A stretch of DNA of 64,000 nt from a virus (Duplodnaviria > Caudoviricetes), in IMG/VR virus record IMGVR_UViG_3300035698_013504, positions 136,904 to 200,903 of that record; one strand, written 5' to 3'. The translations under genes and the position numbers were made by a program. A model generated the notes under the pieces. That model was not told where the DNA came from, did not search any database, and saw only the letters and a list, made by a program, of their open reading frames with translations. The number at the start of each line of letters is the position of its first letter. The stretch's first letter is position 1. Positions 9,390 to 18,967 of this stretch are shown piece by piece.

Positions 9390-10418
9390 ATGCATCAAAA
9401 TGAAATCCCGTTTACACCTAGAGTACCTCGCGCTGCGATACGTAAGTCGTACGCGAGTCCGGGGAGTAAGTTCATATCCGATCATGTTCCAAAGCACCCA
9501 GAGATACCTTGCCACAAGTATTCAATACTGCACCAGTCTTACGGTTGTCCGGCCCGATGCGCGTATTGTTACCTGGTAGGGATCCTACAGAAGAAGACGT
9601 TCCCCACGTACTACACCAACTTCGACCGCATGGTACAAGACGTAGAGACGTGGATGGCGCAGCACAAAAGTCCAGCAATTCTTAACGCAGGGGCGCTTTC
9701 AGATTCATTCAGTACATCAATGCAATGGCTAAAGCACATTGCCCCCCTCTTCGCCGAGCAGGATAAGCACACCCTTGTCCTCGTCACCAAAGGCTGGAAC
9801 GCGAAGTGTACCGATATGCCCTGGGAGCTCAGGTGGCTTACAGAGCGTTACACGTGGCAGCAGCGATCAAAGATCCTCGTTGTCTATTCCCTCAATGCCC
9901 CCGATGTCACGATGATGTACGAGTCCGGTACTCCGATGTTGAAGGACCGGCTTGAACAGTCTTTTGAGTTGTGGCGAAGCGGGTGGCGTATGCGATTCCG
10001 TATCGACCCGATGATACCCGTGCCCAGCTGGAAAGAGCAGTACCGTCTTCTGGCTTGGCAACTCGGTGAGCTTGCAGGTTCGAGATCAGCGCTTCAGGAC
10101 GACGGCGACCTGCATGGTGACCCAAAGTTTTGGAAGGCGTTTCCCTACCCTGAGCGTATTACACTCGGAGCTCTGCGCGGCACGAAGTCGCTGATCACAC
10201 TCTGTGATGAACGCAAGTGGCCGTACGAGCTTGATGAAGACTCGAAACTTGAGGATGGCAAGCTGAGGATCGCTGGCGCTGTTCGTGCCAGGATGTTTCA
10301 GCACATGCAGTTTCACCTCAGAAAGGCTTTACCGTCTATACCCGTTGCGCTATGCAAGGAGCCGGTAGAGCTGTGCAAGTCGTTCTCGAAACGACTAGAG
10401 TGTGTCTGCGTACCATAG
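9390..10418 (+). CDS. Spore photoproduct lyase (SplB)-like radical SAM protein
   Basis: GCPARCAYCYL CxxxCxxC; NAGALSDSF, LVTKG, FRIDPMIP, ITLGALR, ALCKE features of the SPL family. Confidence 0.7.
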   Translation: MHQNEIPFTPRVPRAAIRKSYASPGSKFISDHVPKHPEIPCHKYSILHQSYGCPARCAYCYLVGILQKKTFPTYYTNFDRMVQDVETWMAQHKSPAILNAGALSDSFSTSMQWLKHIAPLFAEQDKHTLVLVTKGWNAKCTDMPWELRWLTERYTWQQRSKILVVYSLNAPDVTMMYESGTPMLKDRLEQSFELWRSGWRMRFRIDPMIPVPSWKEQYRLLAWQLGELAGSRSALQDDGDLHGDPKFWKAFPYPERITLGALRGTKSLITLCDERKWPYELDEDSKLEDGKLRIAGAVRARMFQHMQFHLRKALPSIPVALCKEPVELCKSFSKRLECVCVP

Positions 10419-10424
10419 GGCTAT

Positions 10425-10766
10425 ATGTTACTACAAAGCGAGAGACGCGACAGGCTATGTTTGGGCGGGTGCAGTCAGATATTTGACAGCGTAGGTCGGG
10501 GTAATCGCGTCTGTAAGGCCTGCGCCCGCAGGCATGCACGTGAGCCCTCGCCGCCCAAGTCTCATAGTGTCTCTGGTAGTAGTAGGAGCCCCATGGCTAC
10601 TGACTCCCAGTCAGTATTCCTCGGGTCTGGCGCGTCTAAGGCGCCTAGTTCCGTTAATGGGAAGACCACGAAGTCTAAGGCGCCGCGAAAGTGTAAGCAA
10701 CCCCCTGTGAAACGCACACGTAAGGCCAGACCGCTGTTGCAAGATACCGGCGCGCTGGATTTTTGA
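10425..10766 (+). CDS. Hypothetical Zn-finger protein
   Basis: CLGGC...F.S.GRGNRVCKAC motif. Confidence 0.6.
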   Translation: MLLQSERRDRLCLGGCSQIFDSVGRGNRVCKACARRHAREPSPPKSHSVSGSSRSPMATDSQSVFLGSGASKAPSSVNGKTTKSKAPRKCKQPPVKRTRKARPLLQDTGALDF

Positions 10767-10778
10767 GGAGATGTTGTT

Positions 10779-11432
10779 GTGATTATAGCCTCTACGACTA
10801 AAGGAATCGTTTTCCGATTTGAGTGCGCCGACGAGGTAGACAGGCTTTGGCACGATCTGAAGCACCTGTACGACTGGTCATGCCAGAAGTCTAGGAACGC
10901 GCCGTCGGGGTATGAGCCGCCGCTGGTCTTCTGTATTCAGCATTCCGATATACCTGAGGATGTATCTGGAGATCTGCTGAGACTCGGCAAGTCAGTGCTC
11001 GTCTCAGAGTCTTCCGAGGGCGCGCGTCTTGTACTGGTGACGACCCCGTCGGGGTTTTCAGTCAGGTTTCGTAACGCGCAGGACTTGAAGACTGTGTGGA
11101 CCACTCTGGAGCGTATGGCTCGTGAGGGTAAACGCTCTGAGAAGCAGAAGTCCGAAGAGAGTCATGTCCTTGTTTACATCGTTCACGAGGACGGCCTTCC
11201 CCAGGAGGACCTAGACGATCTATTCGATGTCGGAAAAAGTCTTGCCCCATGGGAGTCTTCGGTTGTCAGATACGACCCCTCGGAGAGTAACACCATACCG
11301 GGCATACCGGTGCCAACACTAGGAGAGAGACAGAGTGCCCCGCAAATCGAAGGGTTCAAAGTTATCCAAGGCGGACAAAGCAAAGAGACTCAAGCTTATC
11401 AAAGCCCGCCACCAGATATTCCTGAAGCTTAA
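10779..11432 (+). CDS. Hypothetical protein with internal duplication
   Basis: Two similar segments (STTKGIVFRF... and TTPSGFSVRF...); RBS GAGGAG. Confidence 0.65.
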   Translation: MIIASTTKGIVFRFECADEVDRLWHDLKHLYDWSCQKSRNAPSGYEPPLVFCIQHSDIPEDVSGDLLRLGKSVLVSESSEGARLVLVTTPSGFSVRFRNAQDLKTVWTTLERMAREGKRSEKQKSEESHVLVYIVHEDGLPQEDLDDLFDVGKSLAPWESSVVRYDPSESNTIPGIPVPTLGERQSAPQIEGFKVIQGGQSKETQAYQSPPPDIPEA

Positions 11433-11581
11433 TCAAGAAGTAGAGCCGCCGCTGGACGACGTCGAGAAGCCCGAATGTGTCTACGTCGACGACGGACTAA
11501 GCGACGAGGACCTGATGGAGGACGCGCGTACTGTGTAATTGTTACAGCTGTGCCTGACGTTTCGGGCGCAGCTGTTGTTTA

Positions 11582-12346
11582 TTGTGGAGACTACAGATGC
11601 ATGAGACGGAACAAAGGTATGACGTGTACGCGTGTGAAATTGTGCACGTTAAGATTGAGGGTGTTGTAGCCCCGTCTATGGAGCGGGCTATCGAGCTGGC
11701 CTCTCGAAGGTATGACGCTCACCAGCTGTTTGGCTATGCCCCCACGGACGGCTATGTCAGATACACCAAGTGGGCTGAGGAGACCGATGGGTTTTTAGTC
11801 GATGCCGTGAACGATGACGGGTCCATACAGTCTCAGTGGTTCCATGGCGACGGGAAGACACGTGTAGCCGCGTGGATGCCCAGCACAAAGGCAGAGACCC
11901 AGGACCTCATCGAGGTTGCGAGCGGCGCGAAGATGACACCGGACTTCATTGGTGACACTACCCCAGTTACCCAGTGCGACCTTATCGGGCACTACAAGGC
12001 CATGTATGAGGAAGTGCTACAAAGGTACGACGAGGTGGCGCAAGTCTTTGATCTCTCGACCGAGCTGTGCCCCACGATTAACGCCGCCCCGTGGACGCCG
12101 GAGCAGCTCCGCGAGTTTGCCGACTTCAACAACTATGTTGACGGGTTCGTTGAGGTCGACCTCAATGACCTTATCAGTAACGATCTGGAGGAGGTGCTTG
12201 ACACCCTCTCAGTGAAGTTAACAGGCTCGTCTTTGCTTATGGACATTACCTATAAGGTCGTAGGCGGCTCATACGAACGAGGCACGGTATTCATGCGTGT
12301 CTCCGGTGACGCGACGGATATTTTGGAGGAGGCTTCAGGTGAGTGA
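11582..12346 (+). CDS. Hypothetical protein
   Basis: Long ORF in operon flow. Confidence 0.65.
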   Translation: MWRLQMHETEQRYDVYACEIVHVKIEGVVAPSMERAIELASRRYDAHQLFGYAPTDGYVRYTKWAEETDGFLVDAVNDDGSIQSQWFHGDGKTRVAAWMPSTKAETQDLIEVASGAKMTPDFIGDTTPVTQCDLIGHYKAMYEEVLQRYDEVAQVFDLSTELCPTINAAPWTPEQLREFADFNNYVDGFVEVDLNDLISNDLEEVLDTLSVKLTGSSLLMDITYKVVGGSYERGTVFMRVSGDATDILEEASGE

Positions 12347-12770
12347 CTACTATCAGATATGGGGTTCGTTGAGAGTGAACCCGTTTGAAGGTATGCACGC
12401 GTTTCTCGACGACATGATTGATGAAGATGGTCCGTGCGCCTCGATTTCGGAGGTGCTTACGGACCATACAGTTCTCGTTGACATCACATACTCAAGTTTC
12501 GGTAGTCCTGAGACGGCGGAAGAGTTTGACGCCAAAATTCTCACGTTGGGCTTACACGCCGCCGAGTCGTCCGTATTCGAGTTCAATTATGACGGCGAGG
12601 AGGGGCACATAACTGCAGGCCCTTCTAATACAGCTAATGCCGCGGCGTTTTCCACCTGGACACTGGGTCGCATTATGGCCCTCACCCCCGATTTGAGGGG
12701 TGAAGATAGAAGGAGAGCAGCAAATGCCTGTCTCGGACAAGAGGGTTCAGATTCCCAAGTCAGCGGTTGA
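12339..12770 (+). CDS. Hypothetical protein
   Basis: Probable GTG start behind GGAGG; ORF track 12297-12770. Confidence 0.55.
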   Translation: MSDYYQIWGSLRVNPFEGMHAFLDDMIDEDGPCASISEVLTDHTVLVDITYSSFGSPETAEEFDAKILTLGLHAAESSVFEFNYDGEEGHITAGPSNTANAAAFSTWTLGRIMALTPDLRGEDRRRAANACLGQEGSDSQVSG

Positions 12771-13002
12771 AGATGTCATTAAGGGTCTCCGCGTGGAGCT
12801 CGACCGTCGTACGAAGGAGAAAGGCGCCGGAGCGTTCCTATCAACGCACGAAGTACTTGGCGTCGTAAGTGAGGAGTTTCACGAGTTGGAACATGCGGTA
12901 CGGAGTAACCGGCTGAAGGATGTCCACAACGAGCTTGTCGACATTGCTGTCGCGTGTATCTTTGGCGTTGCGTGTATCCAGGAAGAAAGGATGGACTGGT
13001 AA
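12724..13002 (+). CDS. MazG-like nucleotide pyrophosphohydrolase
   Basis: EEFHELEHAV...NELVDIAVAC EExxE...ExxD motif. Confidence 0.75.
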   Translation: MPVSDKRVQIPKSAVEDVIKGLRVELDRRTKEKGAGAFLSTHEVLGVVSEEFHELEHAVRSNRLKDVHNELVDIAVACIFGVACIQEERMDW

Positions 13003-13967
13003 TGGGCGCTGACATGCTTGGAATTACCATTAGTTGGCCGCTCGGCAAAACCCGAGAGGTCACTAACAGGAACGTTGACTGGCTGTTTAGCGTAGCGGCG
13101 GACCGTATCCCAGAGCTTACTGAAGACGACCTAGAGTACTTCTTTGATCACTGTTGGCATACTGACACCCAAGAGGTTGAAGGTTTGCCGCGGGATGAGA
13201 TCGAGCGTGAGCTAAAGGATATCAGAGAGTCGCTGACTGTGTCGTTGCGGGAGGTTAAGTCTGCAGCGGATGGCCATCATCGTTACGCCTTCCTCGATGT
13301 TGTTGGTGACCGAGAGGTTCTCTTCGCAGGCGGGCTGTCATGGGGTGACGAGCCGAACGAGTTGTACACCCACATGAACAACGTTGTTACGGCCGGTCTT
13401 TTTGACCAAGACTCTCCCAAGAGCTACGAGGAACATCTCTCCGAGTCGTACGTTGAGTCGGACGGCAATTGCCCAATCTGTGGCGATAGTGATATAGTTG
13501 GTGACAGCCTTAACGTGGACACGCAGTGCGTTACGCAAGAAATCTTCTGCAGCAACTGCGAGTCGAGATGGTACGATTTCTACAAGTTGCAGGGTTTGTT
13601 CAACCTGCATATCTGTGAGGAGGACGGTGACGTGAGTGAGAATCTTTCAGAGATCCCGGATCGGGAGTTTAACCTGGAGCACGCTGAAGGCACGCTATTT
13701 GGTGTGCGCCTCAGGGGTAATGCTGACGGTAAGGACGCGGTCCGTGACGTAACTCGCGAGGACGCGATGGCGAGAGCTGTCGTAGCCAACAGCATCGCGA
13801 AACTTAGGCCGGAGTTGAAGGACAAGCTTCTCAACCAGGTTGGTATGATCATCGACGCGTGTAACAAGTCGCGCAAGCTTAACAACATGACGCCGTACCA
13901 GTCTTCGTTTGTCCAGGCGATCCTTGCGGAGCGCGAGGATGAACGTATTGATGCTAAGCGCAAATAG
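13002..13967 (+). CDS. Hypothetical multidomain protein with Zn ribbon
   Basis: TAATG coupling; CPIC...CSNC motif. Confidence 0.7.
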   Translation: MGADMLGITISWPLGKTREVTNRNVDWLFSVAADRIPELTEDDLEYFFDHCWHTDTQEVEGLPRDEIERELKDIRESLTVSLREVKSAADGHHRYAFLDVVGDREVLFAGGLSWGDEPNELYTHMNNVVTAGLFDQDSPKSYEEHLSESYVESDGNCPICGDSDIVGDSLNVDTQCVTQEIFCSNCESRWYDFYKLQGLFNLHICEEDGDVSENLSEIPDREFNLEHAEGTLFGVRLRGNADGKDAVRDVTREDAMARAVVANSIAKLRPELKDKLLNQVGMIIDACNKSRKLNNMTPYQSSFVQAILAEREDERIDAKRK

Positions 13968-13987
13968 CCCTGTTCGTAATTTACCCA

Positions 13988-14028
13988 AAGCCGCGCGGTC
14001 CCTATAAACGGGTCGCGCGGTTTTCTTT
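13988..14028 (+). terminator. Intrinsic terminator
   Basis: CCGCGCG/CGCGCGG stem followed by TTTTCTTT. Confidence 0.75.
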
Positions 14029-14040
14029 GGAGATATACGT

Positions 14041-14550
14041 ATGAGCGTTGCAAGACCTGACTGGCCGGACCACGACTTTTCCGTTGCGTCCATCAAGAGC
14101 TTTATGGGGATGGACACGCTTGGCTACAACTGTTCTCTCCGCTGGGGCAATAAGAAGGTTGCTGATGTTGTCAACGACGGTAGTGGTGGAGAAACCATAA
14201 TCAGCTGGGCGCGGAACGATAACGCTGTTGCGGCCCGAGAGGCGGCGGAAGAATTGGTTACCAGACTTCCAGACCTTCCTCCTTTCGGTGGCTTTAAGGG
14301 GTCGTTGCCGATCGATTCCGCTGAGTTCTTTGTTGACCTCATCTATGAGGATGCGGAGCAGGTGAAAGAGTACAGACGTATTACCAAGAGCGACAAGCGC
14401 GTAGCGTTCCGCCTCATTGGTGATACGGAGGGCGAGTACCGCCTATACAGTATCCCGTATACGAAGGAGTTTGCAGAAAAGCTTCGCGCTAAGCACGGCG
14501 ATGAGCTGGAGTGCATCCTTAACGAGAGTCCCCTATTGGAGGCAGCGTAA
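14041..14550 (+). CDS. Hypothetical phage protein
   Basis: RBS GGAG; clean ORF. Confidence 0.7.
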   Translation: MSVARPDWPDHDFSVASIKSFMGMDTLGYNCSLRWGNKKVADVVNDGSGGETIISWARNDNAVAAREAAEELVTRLPDLPPFGGFKGSLPIDSAEFFVDLIYEDAEQVKEYRRITKSDKRVAFRLIGDTEGEYRLYSIPYTKEFAEKLRAKHGDELECILNESPLLEAA

Positions 14551-14795
14551 TGCTTTGGGCTGTTGTAGAAATCACACGAGATGAACCCTCTGTAGTCCTG
14601 TTCGGTACGAAGGGTGAAGCGATTGATGAAGCCATTTTGCGCCTGGAGGAGGGCAACGTCACAATAACTGAAAGCATCATTGATGACTTTGAAGCTGAGG
14701 GCTCGTACTGCGAGTCGTGTTGGGCGGTGCATGTTGTGCCTGCTGACCCTTGTCCTCAGTTGCTTAAAGCGGGGCCAACATGTCATTCGGCGTGA
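14550..14795 (+). CDS. Hypothetical protein
   Basis: TAATG coupling. Confidence 0.6.
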   Translation: MLWAVVEITRDEPSVVLFGTKGEAIDEAILRLEEGNVTITESIIDDFEAEGSYCESCWAVHVVPADPCPQLLKAGPTCHSA

Positions 14796-15205
14796 TGAAG
14801 ACGGCAGCGCTGTATGCAAAGCGAATCAATTCTGCTTGTCGACTTTGTCGTCGTCGTAACGAGATAGATAGCCCCGTTATGGTTTCAGGTACAAATGTGC
14901 CGTTTCGGATTAAAGGCTCACAGGTAAAGGCCACGGTATTTGGAACCGAAACGCACTACTGTCTCCGCTGTTTTCGAGCGCTCGTTAGCGCCGCGATGAA
15001 GTCGAGTCCGGAGATACGGGAGGCGGTAACGTCGAACGCGTCGTTCTCCAAGCTCTTGCTTGGGTATGGTATGGACCACCTTTGTGTTGGGCAGTCCACC
15101 CTACTAGGTGGTCGTGATTGGGTGCTTGTGCCAAATGTGGTGTGCCCTGAAGATGACATGTTAAGACCCTTTTGGGATCAGGTTAGAGAGGAAGTACAAG
15201 TATGA
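14780..15205 (+). CDS. Hypothetical Cys-containing protein
   Basis: CRLC and CLRC motifs. Confidence 0.6.
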   Translation: MSFGVMKTAALYAKRINSACRLCRRRNEIDSPVMVSGTNVPFRIKGSQVKATVFGTETHYCLRCFRALVSAAMKSSPEIREAVTSNASFSKLLLGYGMDHLCVGQSTLLGGRDWVLVPNVVCPEDDMLRPFWDQVREEVQV

Positions 15206-15558
15206 TGCATATTACGGTTTTTGGTAAAGAAGATTGTTCGCTTTGTAAGGCGATCAAGGAGCTGTTCTCAAATCACATCGCTGGCGGGCGCCTTAACGCG
15301 ACGATTGATGTCTTTGAGTTTCCAACGTCGCTGGTAGGCACGTCGGTGGAGCAGCGAGGAGTTCTTGCGAACATCCGCGGGGATATGGCGTTTCATGATC
15401 TTTATGAGGCTCCGGCGGTACTCGTTCGTTCTGCCCCTGAAGGTACTGTGATTTGGCAAGCCGGGGAGATCAAGAGTATTAAGACGATCCCCACAGGCAA
15501 GATCATTCGGGCGTCAAGTGGCGACGAGGACAGCCTCAACGCCCTGGCCCAAGGTTAG
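15202..15558 (+). CDS. Glutaredoxin/thioredoxin-like protein
   Basis: ITVFGKEDCSLCK N-terminal CxxC; APAVLV (cis-Pro-like). Confidence 0.6.
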   Translation: MMHITVFGKEDCSLCKAIKELFSNHIAGGRLNATIDVFEFPTSLVGTSVEQRGVLANIRGDMAFHDLYEAPAVLVRSAPEGTVIWQAGEIKSIKTIPTGKIIRASSGDEDSLNALAQG

Positions 15559-15591
15559 CAACGCGTTGCTGAAATACCTCAAATAGTTGTC

Positions 15592-15620
15592 TTGCATTTC
15601 AGCGGCTGTGTGGGTATAAT
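15592..15620 (+). promoter_or_regulatory. Sigma70-type promoter
   Basis: TTGCAT-N17-TATAAT upstream of the gene at 15652. Confidence 0.65.
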
Positions 15621-15651
15621 GTTTACAACTGGTAGGTGGAGGCAATGACCG

Positions 15652-16584
15652 ATGGATAGTGTTCATGACTACAAGTTGGGTAAGATTGCCCACCTTCGTA
15701 GGCAGATTCACGAGAAGGTTCACTTCTTGAAGCAGTACCTGGGAGAGGAGCTAAGCGGCGCTACCTTCCAGGCGTATGTTGACGCAATGAGGGCCTGCCT
15801 CCGCCTACCGGTTGCAAGCAGGTCCGTATTAGCCGCGTCGTTATCTCAGTTCGCCGGAGAGGTTCTCACAAGTGACATGGCACGCCAGATAGAATACATG
15901 ATGGCAGGTGGCCGGGATATGTTAGAGCCATCGGCCCTGTCTATGAAAGACGAGGCGCTGGACTTTGACTCCTCGGAGTCTCTTACTGAGGTTACGCAGC
16001 GGCGGAAAGCCGGGCAGGTGATCTTACCGTTTCAAGGCGTGTTGAAGCCGCAGTGGTTTCCCGTCGAGATAACAGACGGTGTGTTGTCATCTGCAGGCCG
16101 TAAGAATACGGTCTTTGTTGAGTTCTCGTTCATCATCGCGGCTGGGCCCGGCTCCGGAGCAACGCTGAAGCAGAAGGTTCCTAAGGGCTTTGTGCATCAG
16201 TTTGCTGTAGCGCTGGGCTTACCGAAGTTCAAACGGTACCACCACCGCGAGCTTGTACGCATGTGGTTTACAGGTCTATGGGACCTAGTAGACGATAAGC
16301 CGACGTTGCAGAAGCACAGAGTAGAGCCGCACCACGTAACGCACAACCAGAAGACCTACCGAGCTCGTAGCCGCGCATGTATTCGGGAATGGAACGTTCT
16401 GTGTCACAACTGTCATGTAGGCTTCGAGGCGTGCCCCAACGGTACGCACTGGTTGACCCACACGGCAAAGGAGTGCAGGAATGGCCATCGTGGGTGGTTC
16501 CTGAAAGAAGGTACATCACCGCTATGTCTTCGTTGTCAGGAGGCAGCAGTTCGAAGGAGGAGACGAAGTGCCGCTACAGCTTAG
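15652..16584 (+). CDS. Hypothetical protein with Cys-rich C-terminus
   Basis: Long ORF with RBS GGAGG; CHNC, CPNG, CRNGH, CLRC. Confidence 0.7.
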   Translation: MDSVHDYKLGKIAHLRRQIHEKVHFLKQYLGEELSGATFQAYVDAMRACLRLPVASRSVLAASLSQFAGEVLTSDMARQIEYMMAGGRDMLEPSALSMKDEALDFDSSESLTEVTQRRKAGQVILPFQGVLKPQWFPVEITDGVLSSAGRKNTVFVEFSFIIAAGPGSGATLKQKVPKGFVHQFAVALGLPKFKRYHHRELVRMWFTGLWDLVDDKPTLQKHRVEPHHVTHNQKTYRARSRACIREWNVLCHNCHVGFEACPNGTHWLTHTAKECRNGHRGWFLKEGTSPLCLRCQEAAVRRRRRSAATA

Positions 16585-17092
16585 ACCAACGGACGGGTCT
16601 GATAACAGACTGTACTGTCCGGATCGTGACGTCGTCTATTTGTTCCCGGCGCTTGTTCGTCGGATGATGCATTCGTTTGATGACCAGGACTTGGAGGAGG
16701 TTTGGTGGCTCAACTATCCGCCGGGTCTAATAGAGGCCGCGAAGTCAATGGCCTTGTTCTGGGACCTCGCGCGTGACGGCAACGTACCCGCGGAAGACGT
16801 GCTGGACAGGTGCGGGTTTACGTCTTTGAGTCTTCAGATACGGCTTGCGGTCTCGCATAGGTTCTTCCAGCTGTTCTTGCAGTCGTACATCGTGTACCTG
16901 CGTGATATCACAACGCCCGGCGAGCCCCTTCCGGACAAGATTGTCAGTGACTACAACCATCTGCGGTTTGCAGAAACCTATAAGTCGTGGGGGCCGCTAA
17001 GAAGGTGGACCCACCGAGCAGTGCGTTGTGTACGTCGGTGGTTTGAGGCCACGAAGTACGACGCTCCGGGAGAAAAATGTCAATCAGAATAG
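16568..17092 (+). CDS. Hypothetical protein
   Basis: Coupled ORF. Confidence 0.65.
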   Translation: MPLQLRPTDGSDNRLYCPDRDVVYLFPALVRRMMHSFDDQDLEEVWWLNYPPGLIEAAKSMALFWDLARDGNVPAEDVLDRCGFTSLSLQIRLAVSHRFFQLFLQSYIVYLRDITTPGEPLPDKIVSDYNHLRFAETYKSWGPLRRWTHRAVRCVRRWFEATKYDAPGEKCQSE

Positions 17093-17790
17093 AACTTCAG
17101 AGGCTGACAGGCATGTTGCAGCAGATCGCCAACAGCTTTGGACTTGAAGACCTTCCCCGTAAGTACCTCGTGTTGGACTGCGAGACTTCGGGCGTCGATA
17201 AAAACAACGACAGTATCATTCAAGTAGGGTACTGCGCTGTTGATTATGGAAAACCTCAGCTGATGGGCTCGATTACCATAAACCGCCCGCCGGGTGTCGT
17301 ACGGGACTGGCCTATTATCACAAAGATCACGGGACTTACGCAGGCTGACCTTGACGTTGCTATGTCCCCTGAGGCCATATTCCCTAGATTCATGGATATG
17401 ATTAAGGATTGGCTGGACAAGGACCATTTGCTCGTTGGCCACAACTTCATACGGTTTGACCTGCCCTTCTTTAATCGGGCGTTCGCTTCGGTAGGTGACA
17501 CTAGACGGATACCGGCTGACCGGTGTCTTGATACGGGTATGATGGTGAAGGCGTCACGCCTGAACCTGTCTATGTTGCCCAAGGAGAGCTTCAGATCTTT
17601 TGCTACGCGGGTGGACAGTATCCGCCGTCGTGGCGTCTACTGGTCGCTTGACAGGTACTGCATTGATGCTTACGGCCTTGAGAAGCGCGGTGCGGATAGG
17701 ACTAAGGCTCATGATGCAGGCTATGACTGTTTCATGACTCACCTCTTGCTTGAGGCCATGCGAGAGCAGCATGAGGAGGCGCAGCAATGA
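17077..17790 (+). CDS. DEDDh 3'-5' exonuclease (DNA polymerase III epsilon-like)
   Basis: LVLDCETSG, GHNFIRFD, LDT, AHDAGYDC. Confidence 0.88.
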   Translation: MSIRIELQRLTGMLQQIANSFGLEDLPRKYLVLDCETSGVDKNNDSIIQVGYCAVDYGKPQLMGSITINRPPGVVRDWPIITKITGLTQADLDVAMSPEAIFPRFMDMIKDWLDKDHLLVGHNFIRFDLPFFNRAFASVGDTRRIPADRCLDTGMMVKASRLNLSMLPKESFRSFATRVDSIRRRGVYWSLDRYCIDAYGLEKRGADRTKAHDAGYDCFMTHLLLEAMREQHEEAQQ

Positions 17791-18128
17791 GGTACTGCAA
17801 GAAGCCCGTTGCGGTAGAAGCCGTAAGGTGGTTTAAGAATGGGGACCACCCCGACGACGGGAAGGAAACCTTCACAGATGATGATGGTACTCATCTTTAT
17901 GGGGGCAAGGTAGTTCGACGTTATCGCCATCCAGAGCATAGTGGGCTAAGCATGTGTGACCAGTGCGGGGTTAAGATGCATTACCACGGCTGGCTTGACA
18001 CACTTGAGGGTGGGCAGGTTGTCTGTCCGGGTGACTGGATTATCACGGTAGAGGGCGAAATGTGTCTCTGTAAACCGAGAGTCTTTGACGCGATGTACGA
18101 ACCTATGGAGGTAGATGACAATGGGTAG
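17787..18128 (+). CDS. Conserved phage protein (KPVAVEAVRW...PGDWII type)
   Basis: Typical small phage family pattern ending CKPRVFDAMYE. Confidence 0.65.
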   Translation: MRYCKKPVAVEAVRWFKNGDHPDDGKETFTDDDGTHLYGGKVVRRYRHPEHSGLSMCDQCGVKMHYHGWLDTLEGGQVVCPGDWIITVEGEMCLCKPRVFDAMYEPMEVDDNG

Positions 18129-18714
18129 GCTACTTGCCCTAGACCCAGGAACGAAGTGCGGGTATGCGATTGTCGACTTCAGTGCCGACAACATGCCTAA
18201 GAAGGCCGACCCGAACCTTTGTGGTGTATGGGACTTGGCCGCTAAGCGCCACGAGGGCGCCGGGATGCGTTTCGTACGCTTCAAGAAGTTGCTGTTAGAC
18301 ACAGCCCCGACGATTGTTCTTTATGAAGAGGTACAGAGCCACTTCAAGTCGTCAGGAGCCGCACAGATGTACGGAGGTATCAGGAGTATCCTCGTGGCTT
18401 ATTGCGAGGAGCATGAAGTACCGTACGCAGGTATCCCTGTGGGTACCATTAAGAAGCGCGCGACAGGTAAGGGTAACTGCGGCAAGGTTCCCATGATCTC
18501 AGCGGCCATTGACTTCTTTGGCGCGATACAGCTCAATCCTGACCGAGCTGGTAAGGGTGACGACGACATCGCTGATGCGTTGTGGATCGCCCAGATCGGC
18601 GTTGAAGACTACATTGAGGGAGCAGTAGATGGCGGCCAGGAAGAAGTTCGAGACCAGGATGGTAGTCCGGATATCGCCGAACCAGGTGGTGCTGAGGATT
18701 CTGGAGCGGTGTGA
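18121..18714 (+). CDS. RuvC-like Holliday junction resolvase
   Basis: LLALDPGT, YEEV, KKRATGKGN, DDIADALWI. Confidence 0.8.
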   Translation: MGRLLALDPGTKCGYAIVDFSADNMPKKADPNLCGVWDLAAKRHEGAGMRFVRFKKLLLDTAPTIVLYEEVQSHFKSSGAAQMYGGIRSILVAYCEEHEVPYAGIPVGTIKKRATGKGNCGKVPMISAAIDFFGAIQLNPDRAGKGDDDIADALWIAQIGVEDYIEGAVDGGQEEVRDQDGSPDIAEPGGAEDSGAV

Positions 18715-18967
18715 CTCGGTTGATGGTAAGGCCTGGTGGCGCCTAGAGGTGGACGACGGCATAACGCTGTCGACGCTGTACACGTGGATCGACAATAACT
18801 TATTGAACGACTGCGGCGAGGTTAAGTGCGAGAGCGCCCGACAAGTGCTGAGTCTTATTGGTAAGGCGGTAGTCGCCCCGGGTTGTAGCGTTGACATATC
18901 TTCCAACATCAAGTGGCCAGTGTGGCGACTTTACATCAAGCACCTTATAACAGGAGGCTACGAGTGA
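18629..18967 (+). CDS. Hypothetical protein
   Basis: RBS GGGAG; overlaps the RuvC tail by 86 nt. Confidence 0.55.
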   Translation: MAARKKFETRMVVRISPNQVVLRILERCDSVDGKAWWRLEVDDGITLSTLYTWIDNNLLNDCGEVKCESARQVLSLIGKAVVAPGCSVDISSNIKWPVWRLYIKHLITGGYE

